Assembly (NCBI RefSeq): GCF_902713615.1
Contig: NW_024055450.1
Coordinates: 1-64,000, forward strand
Source: Scyliorhinus canicula
Lineage: Eukaryota
Direction: 5' to 3'
Length of the DNA: 64,000 bases
The notes beneath the pieces are model-generated. The model was not told where the DNA came from and searched no databases. It saw nothing but the letters and a program-made list of their open reading frames with translations. Position numbers and translations under genes: made by a program. Shown one piece after another: positions 12,265-24,402 of this stretch (position 1 is its first letter; every line of letters begins with the position of its first letter).

Positions 12265-12564
12265 CGACACCGTCTCCGCCCACTCTCTACAGCCTGGTCT
12301 CCTCCTGTCAGCAACACAACACTGACGGCTCTGTGACCTTCGGCTGTTTGGCAATGGACTACTCCCCAGAAATCACCAGCCTTACCTGGAAGAAAGATGG
12401 GCAGCAGATCACCACTGGAGTTAAGAAATACCCGTCAGTGAGAAACAAGAAGGGAACCTACACTCTGAGCAGCCAGTTAATCATCACCGAGTCAGAGGGG
12501 GAATGCAGCAAAATCAGCTGTGAGGTTCGACACAGCGGCTCAGACAAGAGCATTGGAATGACAT
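12265..12564 (+). CDS. IGHM: IgM heavy chain constant exon CH1
   Basis: AG acceptor at 12263-64, GT donor at 12565, phase 1-1, open; Ig C1 pattern ([25 protein letters not shown]) typical of shark mu CH1. Confidence 0.96.
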
Positions 12565-12764
12565 GTAAGTGCTGTGGAAACTGTGAGAAACAGATGCTTT
12601 GATTACTTTATTTAAATCTTTGGTCATAACACATTGATGGTTCTCTGCACAGTTCTGATTCCTGAGAGAAATAGTGACCACAGAGAAACTGTTCAAAATA
12701 TAATTAGTCATTTTATTCCTTACAACATCTTCTTCAAGAAATGTCTAACTTGTGTTTCTTGAAG

Positions 12765-13076
12765 GTCCTCTACCTGACATCCATCCAAATGTTCTCCTCA
12801 CCGTCAGTTCTAATGAAGGAATCACAAGACAGAAATTTGCAACCATGGTCTGTTCAATCAACGATTTCAGTCCAAAGTCAATGACGGTGAAGTGGCTGAA
12901 GAATGGACAAGCCATGGGTTCAGGAATTGTCACCTCTCCCGCCTGTGAAGTGAACGGGAACTTCTCGGCGAGCAGTCGACTGACAGTCTCTGCTGGGGAA
13001 TGGTTCAGCAAAGCGGTCTATACCTGCCAGGTCACTCATCAAGAGGTCATCCAAAGTCTCAACATCACCGCATCTG
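12765..13076 (+). CDS. IGHM: IgM constant exon CH2
   Basis: AG/GT boundaries, phase 1-1, open; [25 protein letters not shown]. The CH1/CH2 junction codon is T+GT = Cys. Confidence 0.96.
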
Positions 13077-13723
13077 GTAAGAGACACAAACAGAGGAAAC
13101 AGTAAATCATCCTGCACTCTGATGTTAATCCAAATCAGGAATGTACTGAAGTTAGTGCAAAGCGCAGAATAACTTCTAATTTATTGCCATGTAGTTTGTG
13201 TTTCATTCTGATGTAAGAGCTGCATTAGGATTGATCACCATTCAGGATTTGATCAGTATATATGATCAGAAATAAATGTTTCCCTCTAACCTGAAGTAAT
13301 GTAGGGAGTGAGGTGGATTTGATATCAGCTTTATCCTGAGACAGCTGATTAAATTGCAGAGGCAATGGCTGTCTGGAACCCTTTACTGAAACCAGCTCGG
13401 GACGAAGATTTTGGAAAGTTCATTCAAGATATTTATCAAGCAGCCTTCCATATTAGGGTTCTGAGATCAGGACTGGAATATTTGTATTGGGAATGCTGTA
13501 ATACTGATTCATTAGAATGGTTTCGAGGCTGACTGTATTTCACAATGAGAATAGTTTTCACAAACCAAACTGGTTTTCCATTGTGTATAGAAGATTTAAA
13601 GGCGATCATTAGAGGTTGTTATTTCGAAGTTGATTTATTCCCATTGAGTGAGTGAAGGCTGAATCCTGCTGTCCTGATTCTGAAGATGAAACTTGGGTTG
13701 ATTTCCACTTTTTTCATTCACAG

Positions 13724-14032
13724 ATCCTTCCGTTTGCACTGATGCCTCAGTAACAATACTGCCACCACCAATAGAACAGGTCTTACTGGAGGCGACTGTA
13801 ACCTTAACCTGTGTCATTTCGAATGCTCCTTATGGAGTCAACGTGTCCTGGAGTGAAGCGAAGAAGCCGCTGAAATCAGAGATTGCCGACCAGCCTGGGG
13901 CAGATACTGAGAGCGTGGTCAGCAAATTAAACATCTCCACACAAGCCTGGCTGAGTGGGGCTGTGTTTGACTGTGTGGCGAGCCATCAGGACCTGCCAAC
14001 TCCTTTAAGAATTTCAACTCACAAAAAAATAG
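13724..14032 (+). CDS. IGHM: IgM constant exon CH3
   Basis: CAG acceptor at 13721-23, GTGAG donor at 14033; hand translation [65 protein letters not shown] is open. Confidence 0.96.
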
Positions 14033-14254
14033 GTGAGCGGTGAGACTGAAGCAATAAGTGAGTCATTGTGTCTATTTCTAGTGTCAGTGCAGCGGTCAGT
14101 ATTTAGCATTCAGTGTATTTATGGTCCATCCTGATTGGTAATTCCACTAACTGAATACTCTGGGCATTTAGAGTTTAAGGGGGAAATTGATATGCAGATG
14201 AATGAACAATGAATTAAACCCAGTGATATTGGGTGTAGATGAAGCGAGACCATA

Positions 14255-15545
14255 GACCACAAGACTTAGGAGCAGATGTAGGCCATTGGGCCCATTAACA
14301 CCGGTCCAGCCTTCAGTGAGGTCATGACTGATCTGATGTGATAATCTTCAACTCCTCTTTCCCGCCTTATCACCATATCTCTTGATGCTTTTACTGATTT
14401 AAAATATGTGTCCCTCAACCTTGAACGTACTGACCGACCCAGAATCTGAGGTCGTCATCATTCTTCTAAACTCCAATAAGTACAGCCCAGCCGACTTAAC
14501 CTCTCCCTGTAAGAAAATCCCTCCATACTCGGGATCAACCTCGTGATCCTTCTCTGGACTGCCTTCAAAACCAATCTGTCTTCCTTAGATAAGGGCACCA
14601 AAACTGTTCAAAGTATATCAGGTGTTGTCTAACTAATTCCCCAGTTTTAGCTAGGCTTCCCCATTGTTATATTCTACTCCCTTTAAAATAAAGATCAGCA
14701 TTCAATTTGCCTCCATATTACCTGCAGAACTTACTTTTTGTGGTTTCTGCACGAGGGCCCCCAATTCCCCCATTACTTCAGCTTTCTTCAGTCTTTCTCT
14801 ATATAAATGGGGCCTTACGGTAGCATGGTGGTTAGCATCAATGCTTCACAGCTCCAGGGTCCCAGGTTCGATTCCCGGCTGGGTCACTGTCTGTGTGGAG
14901 TCTGCATGTCCTCCCTGTGTGTGCGTGGGTTTCCTCCGGGTGCTCCGGTTTCCTCCCACAGTCCAAAGATGTGCGGGTTAGGTGGATTGTCCATGCTAAA
15001 TTGCCCGTAGTGTAAGGTTAATGGGGGGATTGTTGGGTTACGGGTATACGGGTTACGTGGGTTTAAGTAGGGTGATCATTGCTCGGCACAACATCGAGGG
15101 CTGAAGGGCCTGTTCTGTGCTGTACTGTTCTAAGTCTAAATCTAAATAATAACTCTTTATGTTCTTCCTTCTACCAAAGTGTCGAACCTCACATTCTCTG
15201 TCCCTCTGTGGATTTCCTGTAATCCTCACCACTTGCCTTTTTACCTATTTTTTGTCATCTGCATGGGAATAGTACATTCATTTATCAATCACCGTTTTGA
15301 AATTCATGTATTGCCCCACCCCCTCCCCCTCCCTCTCTCGCCTTCTCGTCATCACCTCAAATAAGGGCACTAAATTTGTCAGGCATGATTTACCCTTCCC
15401 GAAGCCGTGCTGACTCTGTTTGATTATATTGAGTATTTCTAAATGCTCAGCTATTGGATCTGTTATAATGGACTCGAACCGTTTTCCACTGACAGATGTT
15501 AAGGTCCCTGGCCTATAGTTACCTGTGTTTGACTCCCTCCCCTTT
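14255..15545 (-). mobile_element. Degenerate CR1 LINE fragments in the CH3-CH4 intron, split by a SINE
   Basis: CR1 3' tail at ~14255-14330 and reverse-strand RT-like sequence (e.g. GGCATGATTTACCCTTCCCGAAGCCGTGCTGAC at ~15380); ends approximate. Confidence 0.7.
14809..15145 (+). mobile_element. Young tRNA-derived SINE, full length
   Basis: Head, V-like core and TGTTCTA tail as in the other young copies. Confidence 0.92.
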
Positions 15546-15549
15546 TGAA

Positions 15550-15648
15550 GGGTATAGGGTGGATACGTGGGTTTGAGTCAGGTGATTATGGCTCGGCACA
15601 ACATCGAGGGCCGAAGGGCCTGTTCTGTGCTGTACTGTTCTATGTTCT
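15550..15648 (+). mobile_element. 3' tail fragment of the same SINE
   Basis: GGCTCGGCACAACATCGAGGGCCGAAGGGCCTGTTCTGTGCTGTACTGTTCTATGTTCTA. Confidence 0.85.
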
Positions 15649-15940
15649 AAGGTGGGAGGAGCCTGGTGTGGAGTTTATACACCAGCACAGAACAGTTGGG
15701 CCGAATGGCCTGTTTCCCTGCTGTACATTTTCTGAAACTTTCGAATCCAATATCCGTAAATTCTCAGGGAAAAGGATTGTGTCCACCTCTGCTCCGAGCT
15801 GGGAACCCGGACAGATCCCAAAGTGGAAAATGGAAACCTTTAAAATCCAACACAAAACACATTTCTCCCACATCTAACCCGCGGTTCCATTGTCTCAGGA
15901 ATTCCCCATTTTATTGACATTTATTGTACATTTTCTGCAG

Positions 15941-16332
15941 ATCCCAACCCGCGGGAACCGTCCGTCTCTGTCCTCCTGCCCTCGGCTGAAGACGTCTCCG
16001 CTCAGAGATTCGTCTCCCTCAGCTGCTTAGTGAGAGGTTTCTCCCCCCGAGAGATCTTCGTCAAGTGGACCGTCAATGACAAGCCGGTGAATCCCGGGAA
16101 CTACAAGAACACCGAGGTGATGGCGGAGAACGGCAATAGCTCCTTCTTCATGTACAGCCTGTTATCCATTGCAGCGGAGGAGTGGGCCAGCGGCGCTTCT
16201 TACTCCTGTGTGGTGGGACATGAAGCCATCCCCTTGAAGATCATCAACAGAACGGTTGATAAATCCAGCGGTAAACCCAGTTTTGTGAACATTTCCCTCG
16301 CTCTGATGGACACCGTTAATTCATGTCAATGA
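15941..16332 (+). CDS. IGHM: IgM constant exon CH4 plus secretory tailpiece
   Basis: Acceptor TTTTCTGCAG ends at 15940; [44 protein letters not shown]|[20 protein letters not shown]. Internal G|GTAAA donor after 16270 for the membrane form; tailpiece has NIS glycan site and penultimate Cys. Confidence 0.97.
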
Positions 16333-16359
16333 GAATCTATTGGTTATATTTCGAACTAA

Positions 16360-16374
16360 AATAAAAATAATAAA
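16360..16374 (+). terminator. Secretory-form polyadenylation signals
   Basis: AATAAA at 16360-65 and 16369-74, ~30 bp after the stop codon. Confidence 0.8.
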
Positions 16375-16444
16375 AACGTTTCCTCTAATTGTGATTTAAA
16401 CATACAGCCACTTGATTAATGGTGTTTCCACTTTACTGATGTTA

Positions 16445-16615
16445 GATCTGAAAATGAAATGAAAATCACTTATTGTCACAAGTAGGCTTCAGTCAAGTTA
16501 TTGTGAAAAGCCCCTCAGCGCCACATTCCGGCACCTGTTCGGGGAGGCTGGTACGGGAATTGAACCGTGCTGCTGGCCTGTCTTGGTCTGCTTTAAAATC
16601 CAGCGATTTTAAACC
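16445..16615 (-). mobile_element. SINE 3' fragment (second tail type)
   Basis: TTATTGTCACAAGTAGGCTT..GTGAAAAGCCCC..CCACATTCCGGCACCTGTTCGG, shared with 21780, 24093, 43713, 44320 and 63845. Confidence 0.75.
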
Positions 16616-16971
16616 AGTCTCTGGTCAATGAGACCCGGATTTCTACAGGTCTCAGCCCGAAGTCTGATACAACCAGAGCTCTCAGCTCAGAAACACCCTG
16701 GGTTAGAGACAGAGTAAAACTCATTAATTCCAGGATTCAGCAAAATATCTTCATTGACTTTCCTCCAGATGAGGAGAAATCGGACAATTTCCCATTTCAG
16801 ACAAACAAACCCATCACATTTAGATCTCGGTGTTCCTGCTTCTCTCATTGTCCATCCCTTTAAAATTAATGTCAGCTTTAAGTTGCTGCATGAGACCCAC
16901 TGGGAACTGATTTGAGGGTCACACAGAAACATGGACCAACAATCTCCAGTCAAAGAGAGGGGAAAGTGAAA

Positions 16972-18070
16972 TTGTTAATCCACTGTACCCCCACCTCCCC
17001 AACAGAGAGAGCGGGAGGGGTATTAGTTATTCCACTGTCTCCCCACCCACCCACCCACCTCCCACACAGAGAGAGGGGGAAGGGCATTAGTTAATCCACT
17101 GTACCCCCACTTCCCCAACATAGAGAGTGGGAGGAGCTTTAGTTAATCCACTGTACCCCCAATTCGCCAATAAAGAGAGGAGAGGGGGGCATTAGTTAAT
17201 CCACTGTACCCTACCTCACCAACAGAGAGAGTGGGAGGGGCTTTAGTTAATACACTGTACCCCCACTTCACCAACAAAGAGAGGGGCATTAGTTAATCCA
17301 TTGTCTCCCCACGTCCCCAACAAAGAGAGGGGTTGGGGCATTACTTAACACACTGTACCCCCACTGCCCCAGCAAAGCGAGGGGAGGAGCATTAGTTAAC
17401 ACACTGTGCCCCCAGGAGGTCGGGGCCTCACGGTAGCATGGTGGTTAGCATCAATGCTTCACAGCTCCAGGGTCCCAGGTTCGATTCCCGGCTGGGTCAC
17501 TGTCTGTGTGGAGTCTGCACGTCCTCCCCGTGTGTGCGTGGGTTTCCTCCGGGTGCTCCGGTTTCCTCCCACAGTCCAAAGATGTGCGGGTTAGGTGGAT
17601 TGGCCATGCTAAATTGCCCGTAGTGTAAGGTTAATGGGGGGATTGTTGGGTTACGGGTATACGGGTTACGTGGGTTTAAGTAGGGTGATCATTGCTCGGC
17701 ACAACATCGAGGGCCGAAGGGCCTGTTCTGTGCTGTACCGTTCTATGTTCTATGTTCTATGTTCCCCAGCAAAGCGAGGGGAGGAGCATTAGTTAACACA
17801 TTGTGCCCCCACTTCCCCAACAAAGAGACGGTGGTGGGCTGAGTTAATCCACTGTACATCCGCTTCCAACAATGGGGGGGGGGGGTGTACATTAGTTAAT
17901 CCACTGTACATCCGCTTCCAACAATGAGGGGGGTGTACATTAGTTAATCCACTGGACACCCGTTTCCAACAATGAGTGGAAGGACATTATTTAATCCACT
18001 GCCTCCCCACTTCCCCAACAAAGAGAGCTAAGGGGCAATACTAACCCGTTTTACCTCCACTTTCCCAACA
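16972..18070. repeat. ~51-bp minisatellite in the CH4-TM1 intron, interrupted by a SINE
   Basis: Unit ATTAGTTAATCCACTGTACCCCCACTTCCCCAACAAAGAGAG..GGGGC starting at ~17023, 17087, 17139, 17192, 17243, 17289, 17341 and onward. Confidence 0.9.
17422..17763 (+). mobile_element. Young tRNA-derived SINE, full length
   Basis: Near-identical to the 5791 and 58896 copies; tail TATGTTC x3. Confidence 0.93.
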
Positions 18071-18539
18071 AGAGGAGGAAGGTGATGAGTGAACTCTCTG
18101 TATCTCCACCTCCAGCAGGGAGAACCCAAACGCAATTTGCTGAGCTGACCAGAGAGAGGGAGATTATTAACTCAATATCTTCCCAGTCCCCAAGCAGGGA
18201 GTTTGGAAGTAAACGGTTGTCTGGACTAAGAACTCAGTTACTGACATTACAAGACGCCATGTAGTTTACAGGCTGATACATGATAAAGATGTTCTTAAAA
18301 TATCTATTTATGCAACATAATTTTTTTAGCACCCTTGTTCCTCTTATCCGTATGCTAAGACCGATTCCCCATAATCCAAATCCAGACTGGTGATTGAATT
18401 CTCTCTGGGTTTTCACTGTTCTCTCCCGAGGAGCCTCCTTGTTTTTTTGCATTAGGTCACCTGATGTCAACTTGCAACTCACGGAAAACACATTTATATG
18501 CAGAAAGTTCAACATATTCTACATCGGTATCAATAATAC

Positions 18540-19880
18540 CCACAACTGGCAAAGCTACAGGCAGCTGATACAAATACACAGACAGATAAACAGACACAGA
18601 CACTACACTCACATGCACACAGACCCACAAACACACACACGCTCACAAGTAGACACAAACACACACATGGACACACACATAGAAACACATGCACAAACAT
18701 ACACCCAGGCACAACGGACCACACATATTTTGACACAAAAACACACGCAAATGTGCACAAAAATTCACAAGCATGCACATAAACACAAAAAGCACATGTT
18801 TAGAAACACACAGACTCACGTGCACATCCACACATACAAACACAATTCCACACACACAAGTGGGTACACGCATGTACACAGACATATACAACCACATGTC
18901 CACACAGATACACAGACATATACAACCAGACAAGCAGGCTGACAGAAGAATATGAAACAGAAATGTAACCAATAACATATAAATTAGCAGAATTTCACGA
19001 TGACAGAAATATTTCCATTCAAACAGAGACAATAATCCACACTAACGGACACACGTAGATACATATTAGCTGACTCGTACACACGCTAACACCAACACAT
19101 ATGAATACACATAGAGTCATCAACACACATCAATAGATAGTTATAATCAAACATCAACGCATAAATAGCACCACTGCCTCACAGCGCCATAATCCCGGGT
19201 TCAATTCCAGCCTTGGGTGATTGTCTATGTGGAGTTCCCACGTTCTCCAGTGTCTGTTCCCGTTTCCTCCGTGTGCTCCAGTTTCCTCCCACAGTCCAAA
19301 GATGCGCAGGTTAGGTGGATTGGCCAGGCTATATTACCCCTTAGTGCCCACAACGTTAGTTGGGATTACGGGGTTCTCGGCAAAGGGCAGGGGCATGCGT
19401 CCAGGCAGAGTGCTCTTTCGGAGGGTCGGTGCAGACACAATGGGCCGAATGGCCTCGTTCGGCATAGTAGGGATTATATTTAATGATGATTCTATGAAGA
19501 AATACACGCATCAACAAACACACACACACAAACGCACTTATCCAGACACAAACATTAAGACACTGACCTGCATGTTGAACGTACAAAGACACATTAACAC
19601 TTTCATTACTGGACAGGGAAGTATAAACTCATATTGACACAGGCATTAATATATAAACATAGACTTCAACACACAAACACACACAATAAAACACTCATAT
19701 ATACACATTAACAGAAGATAAACAAAGTTCACACAGGCGCTGACACACAAATACACAGATCAATACTCCTTCACACATGAACACACAATGACACTTATAA
19801 AAACATCGGGACACACAAATGAAGAGTAAAGAAATACGAATTTCGCATCTACACAGACACAAAAGCTAAAGAACAAACAC
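18540..19880. repeat. Degenerate (CA)-rich low-complexity region containing an older SINE (~19165-19495)
   Basis: ACAC/ACAT-rich sequence; diverged SINE with V-like core at 19260-19330. Confidence 0.8.
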
Positions 19881-19893
19881 AAACGTCAGGCAA

Positions 19894-20081
19894 GGGCGGC
19901 ACGGTGGCATAGTGGTTAGCACTGCTGCCTCACGCCACCATGGACCTGGGGTTGATCCCGCTCCTGGGTCTGTGTCCCTGTGGACCTTCCCCGTGACCCG
20001 TGGGTCTCACCCCGACAACCCAAAGATGTGCAGGGTAGGTGGATTGGCCATGTTAAATTGCCCCTTAATTGGAAGAAAAAA
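19894..20081 (+). mobile_element. Short tRNA-derived SINE variant
   Basis: GGGCGGCACGGTGGCATAGTGGTTAGCACTGCTGCCTCAC..TTGCCCCTTAATTGGAA; same type at 48537 (-) and 62969 (+). Confidence 0.8.
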
Positions 20082-20236
20082 GTTACAGAGATCGATTTCC
20101 GAGTGTCATGAACTCAACAGTAGATATGCAATGACAAATACGTTAAATTAGCAGCGGGAGAAAATGAAACGAGAATATTAAAAAACATATCCTGGATTAA
20201 TAAACAAACTAATTATATTTGGCTCGAACCTCATAG

Positions 20237-20364
20237 ATACCACAGACAACACCTGGACTGAAGAAAATGAGGATGATAACGGGAACATCTGGACAACCGC
20301 TTCCACATTCATCACCCTGTTCTTCCTGAGCATTTCCTACAGCGCTGCAGTCACTCTGGTGAAG
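20237..20364 (+). CDS. IGHM: IgM transmembrane exon TM1
   Basis: TAG acceptor ends at 20236, AAG|GTGAGA donor; DTTDNTWTEENEDDNGNIWTTASTFITLFFLSISYSAAVTLVK (acidic spacer plus CART-type helix); phase matches the CH4 internal donor. Confidence 0.96.
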
Positions 20365-20504
20365 GTGAGAAGATTCAATCCACTCACACATCAAACTGAC
20401 AGAGGCCGTTTAAAACATCTCTAAATGTTTGATTGATTAAAAACTCTAACATCAATGTCCCAGATCATAAACATCTGCTTCATCATTTTCTCTCTCTTTT
20501 ACAG

Positions 20505-20513
20505 ATCAAGTGA
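20505..20513 (+). CDS. IGHM: IgM exon TM2 (Ile-Lys-stop)
   Basis: Long pyrimidine tract and ACAG at 20501-04, then ATC AAG TGA; gives a K-I-K cytoplasmic tail. Confidence 0.88.
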   Translation: MK

Positions 20514-20918
20514 TGGGTTGACGTTCGGACGCTGTAGATTTCCCTCAGCTGTTTATTATGATCTGTGTGTGACACAAATACAATATCTCCTCTTGGTGAC
20601 TCTCACAGTAAAATTCTCTCAGTTTATTATTCTGCATCTGTAACTGAGACAATCATGGACAGTATTTCTGCTTTTCAGTTTAAAATGGCCGAGATAATTT
20701 TGGCTGTAATGTAATTGTAGTTAATAATTTCTCTCAATGTCATGTCTAAATAAGTAACTTACCTCGTACCTTATTTACAACAGTTGCCTTCTCTTTATGT
20801 TGAGCTCCTGTTCTCTCTTGTGTCTGTTACAGTTGTACATACATTTGGCAGCTCAGAGGGCATGTGTTCTGTTCTCACTGTGACCCTCAATCGTTATGTT
20901 CCCTTTTGTAAACATCAA

Positions 20919-20959
20919 AATAAACTTTTGTGCTATATTTTCTCTGAAATTTTAATAAA
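20919..20959 (+). terminator. Candidate membrane-form polyadenylation signals
   Basis: First AATAAA hexamers after TM2, at 20919-24 and 20954-59. Confidence 0.6.
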
Positions 20960-21344
20960 TATTGAATGAAAAATGAAGAAAACAAGTCTAATCTGAACTC
21001 CTTTCTCTCAGGTCCATCGGCAGCGCTCCATTTCCCCGATTACACAGTTTTCTCCCCTTTCCCAGATATTTCTCACCAGTCCTGTCTGGGATGTGTCTGA
21101 ACTCAAGGCCCCTCAGTGAAAGAGCCGCTGCGCCACCAAGCGGCCCATCCGGGTTAAGTCACTTTCATCTTTGCCTTTTTATGGTAAACTCCAGAGACAG
21201 AATGATTGCACAGCTGAAGAATTCCACAGATTCACTCCCCTCTGATGGAAGAAATGTCTCCTCACCTCTGTCCTAAATTTGAGATCCCTTACTCTGAGAT
21301 TAAGCCCTCTGGTCTCAGACTCTCCCACAAGAGGAAACAAGATG

Positions 21345-21586
21345 ATTTTTCAGGCTGTGTAACTGGTTAAAGCTCTTTCCACAGTCAGTTCACTGGAACA
21401 CTCCCACTCAGGTTTGTGTGGGTCTCGGGGCTTTTCCAGTCACACTGATGTTTGAAATCTCTTCCCACAGTCAGAACAGACAAACACATTGACAGTTTGT
21501 GATATGTAGGTCCTAATGAATTGAGTCAGATCTTGATGTTATATTTGGTTCGAGTTGCCCAGCTGCCAAATCTCCCGTTCTAATGC
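21345..21586 (-). pseudogene. Truncated C2H2-ZNF relic (5' part of the large exon only)
   Basis: Minus-strand acceptor TTTTTCAG|GCATTAG at 21586, then sequence homologous to 26865-27125 (TSV*LEK..FQ*TDCGKSFNQLHSL); cut off at ~21345. Confidence 0.8.
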
Positions 21587-21779
21587 CTGAAAAAGAAGTT
21601 TTGAACCAGAATATTGTCCCCAGTGTCTCTGAAACACTCTTTCCGCTGAGGTATCCACTGGTTGTGGAAGGTGTCACGCATTCCGGTGGATACCACATGC
21701 TCTCTCTGCAAGACCACTGCGAATAGAAAAGACCACAGAACAGAAGTCGGCAGCCAGAGTAACCGCCCACCCCCTCCAT

Positions 21780-22065
21780 AATAATAATAATAATCTTTAT
21801 TGTCACAAGTAGGCTTACATTAACAATGCAATGAAGTTACTGTGAAAAGCCCCTCGTCACCACACTCCGGCGCATGGTTGGGTCACAGAGGGAGCATTCA
21901 GAATGTTCAATTCACAGCACGTCTTTCGGGACTTGTGGGAGCAAACCGGAGCACCCGGAGGAAACCCACGGGGAGAACGTGCAGACTCCACACAGACAGT
22001 GACCCAAGCTGGGCATCGAATCTGGGACCCTGAAACTGTGAAGCAACAGTGCTATCCTACCCCAC
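21780..22065 (-). mobile_element. tRNA-derived SINE, second tail type
   Basis: Same head and V-like core as the young SINE with an ATTATT-ending tail; paralogs at 24093-24402, 44320-44622 and 59900-60105. Confidence 0.8.
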
Positions 22066-22639
22066 CCAGCTACAATGCACTGTTTTAACCAGACTCAAAG
22101 TAGATTCACGCTCAGCACAAGAATATTAGATAGTATACTGTCAGATCCACAAACTCTGCCAAAGTGGCTGCAACTTAACAGGTTACTGTGGACATTAAAC
22201 TGTGGGCAATATTCGATGCTGTGACCAATATTTAGTTAAACACGGACCTGAATAAGGAAACTTTGCAGCCACCTGTGAAGTTTAAATGTGTCGTTGTGTC
22301 AGGATGAACCAGCATTTGAGGAATATGAAATCTCGGGACTGTTGGTCTCCAAGTGCCGTATTGAACACAGGAGAATGACCTTGAATTGGGACAGGGATAA
22401 GCGTGAGTGAGCATCGTAAACTGCTATTGTATCGGGGTGTTCTGGGCCCTAGAGTTTTAACCCTGCAGTTAATTGTCAGGGACGCAGTATAATAAGCTCT
22501 GAACAAAGCAAATGTGTGTGTGAGAAGCACCAGGAACCAGCTGAACCAGCAGAGCTGAAAGTCTCCCAGTGCAGCCACAGGACTGACCTTATTCCAGCTT
22601 CCAAGCCCACCTGAGAACCAACCTCCTGGCTCTTCATCT

Positions 22640-23075
22640 ACAAGAACGTTTGAGGACTTTGGGTCTGTACTCGTTGGAGTTTAGAAGAATGATAGGGGAT
22701 CTTATTGAAACTTACAAGATACTACGAGGCCTGGATAGAGTGGACATGAAGAGGATGTTTCCACTTGCAGCAAAAACTAGAACCAGAGGACACCATCTCA
22801 GACTAAAGGGATGATCCTTTAAAACAGATGAGGAGGAATTTCTTCAGCCAGAGGATGGTGAATCTGTGGAACACTTTGCCGCAGAAGGCTGTGGAGGCCA
22901 ATTCACTGAGTGTCTTTAAGACAGAGATAGGTGGGTTCTTTATTAATAAGGGGATCACGGGTTATGGGGAGAAGGCAGGGGAGTGGGGATGAAAAAATAT
23001 CAACCACGATTGAATGGCGGAGCAGACTCGATGGGCCAAATGGCCTCATTCTGCTCCTATGCCTTATGGTCTTAT
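22640..23075 (+). mobile_element. CR1 LINE 3' end
   Basis: GLYSLEFRRM-type coding remnant and tail GAATGGCGGAGCAGACTCGATGGGCCAAATGGCCTCATTCTGCTCCTAT. Confidence 0.85.
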
Positions 23076-23599
23076 AAGGAGATTCAGAGACTCATGAGAA
23101 TTATTTGTTTTTAAAAACGCTTCACTCCAACTAAAGGATCAGCTCAATAAGAAGACATCAGACCTGCAGCGATATAAAGATTGCAGTCTACATTCCATTT
23201 TCATCATCACAGCTTCAACTTGATCTGTATCTAATTTCTGTCTATGTCAGTGAGTGAAAGAGCCGAGAGACTGGGATGCTCAAACATCCAGGGGAAGATT
23301 GTAAAAAATAAATAACCTTTATTCCTTTAAAAATCACCAGTAAGCCTGCTGCTGAACTGTATTTTAAATAAAGAAATATCACGCTGAGGGTCAGGAAATA
23401 TCACACAAACATCCTGATAATGGACAGGAAAGGTCCACGAAATGTAATCAACCGTTGTATAACCCCCTTCAGGTAGCTATATAGAGGCTGCAGCCTCTCA
23501 CACTAAATGTATACGTGATCCACAGACACCTCCAGGCTGCAAACATCAGCTTCAGGCGCCTGGGAGTGGGTGAAACATTTAAAAAACCTGTTACAATAT

Positions 23600-23893
23600 T
23601 TGCGCTCTTGGGGCGCTAGGACCCGGCTGGGAACAGAAACCTTCAGGTCCCGCCCACCAGTTGTTGCGTCCCAAGACGCCAGCGCATGCGCTCTGCTTCC
23701 CCAAGATGGCGGCTGTGAAGCAGGGCTTGGTCCCGGGACAGAGAGCTGACCGGTGGTGATGTGACCTGAGGATCACCACACCTCAGGCAACGGGCCAGGT
23801 TGGGAAGGCGGTGCCTTCAGGAATAACTGGGAAGGTGATGTTTGGTCAGTTGCTGCAGTCTGTGTAGGGAAGGTGCTGTCACAGTGGTGTGAG
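23600..23893 (+). promoter_or_regulatory. CpG-rich promoter and putative non-coding first exon of ZNF gene A
   Basis: GC box at ~23649, NRF1 GCGCATGCGC at 23682-91, YY1 CAAGATGGCGGC at 23702-13; possible donors at 23753 (CCG|GTGG) or 23894 (GAG|GTAAGG). Confidence 0.65.
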
Positions 23894-24092
23894 GTAAGGA
23901 AGTACAGGATTATCACCCAGCAATGATGAATTAAGGGGAATGTAAATCCAGCCCAGGCTGCTTTCAGATCGGAAAGGGAGCTAAGGTCTGTCCTTGGAGC
24001 TGGTGAATTTTGTGGCTTTGCCAGTTTCTCTGTAAAGTCCTTCTCATTCATTCCCCCTCTTTACAGCACGGATAGAGGCTCTTTGGCCCATT

Positions 24093-24402
24093 CATAATAA
24101 TCTTTATTAGTATCACAAGTAGGCTGACATTAACACTGCAATGAAGTTACGATGAAAATCCCCCAGTCGCCACACTCAGGCGCCTGTTCGGGTAGACAGA
24201 GTGAGAATTCAGAATGTCCAATTCACCTAACAAGCTCATCTTTCGGGACTTGTGGGTGGAAACCGGAGCACCCGGAAAAACCCCACGCAGACACAGAGAG
24301 AACATACAGACTCCCCACAGACAGTGAACCAAGCACAAAATCGAACCCAGGTCCCTGGTGCTGTGAAGCAACAGTGCTACCCGCTGTGCTACCGTGCCAC
24401 CC
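24093..24402 (-). mobile_element. tRNA-derived SINE, second tail type
   Basis: Homologous to 21780-22065. Confidence 0.82.

Noticed and set aside
21095-21150. Minus-strand tRNA-like head (GGTGGCGCAGCGG..GAGTTCAGA)
   Set aside because: Too short and degenerate to fold as a tRNA; at most a SINE-head relic.
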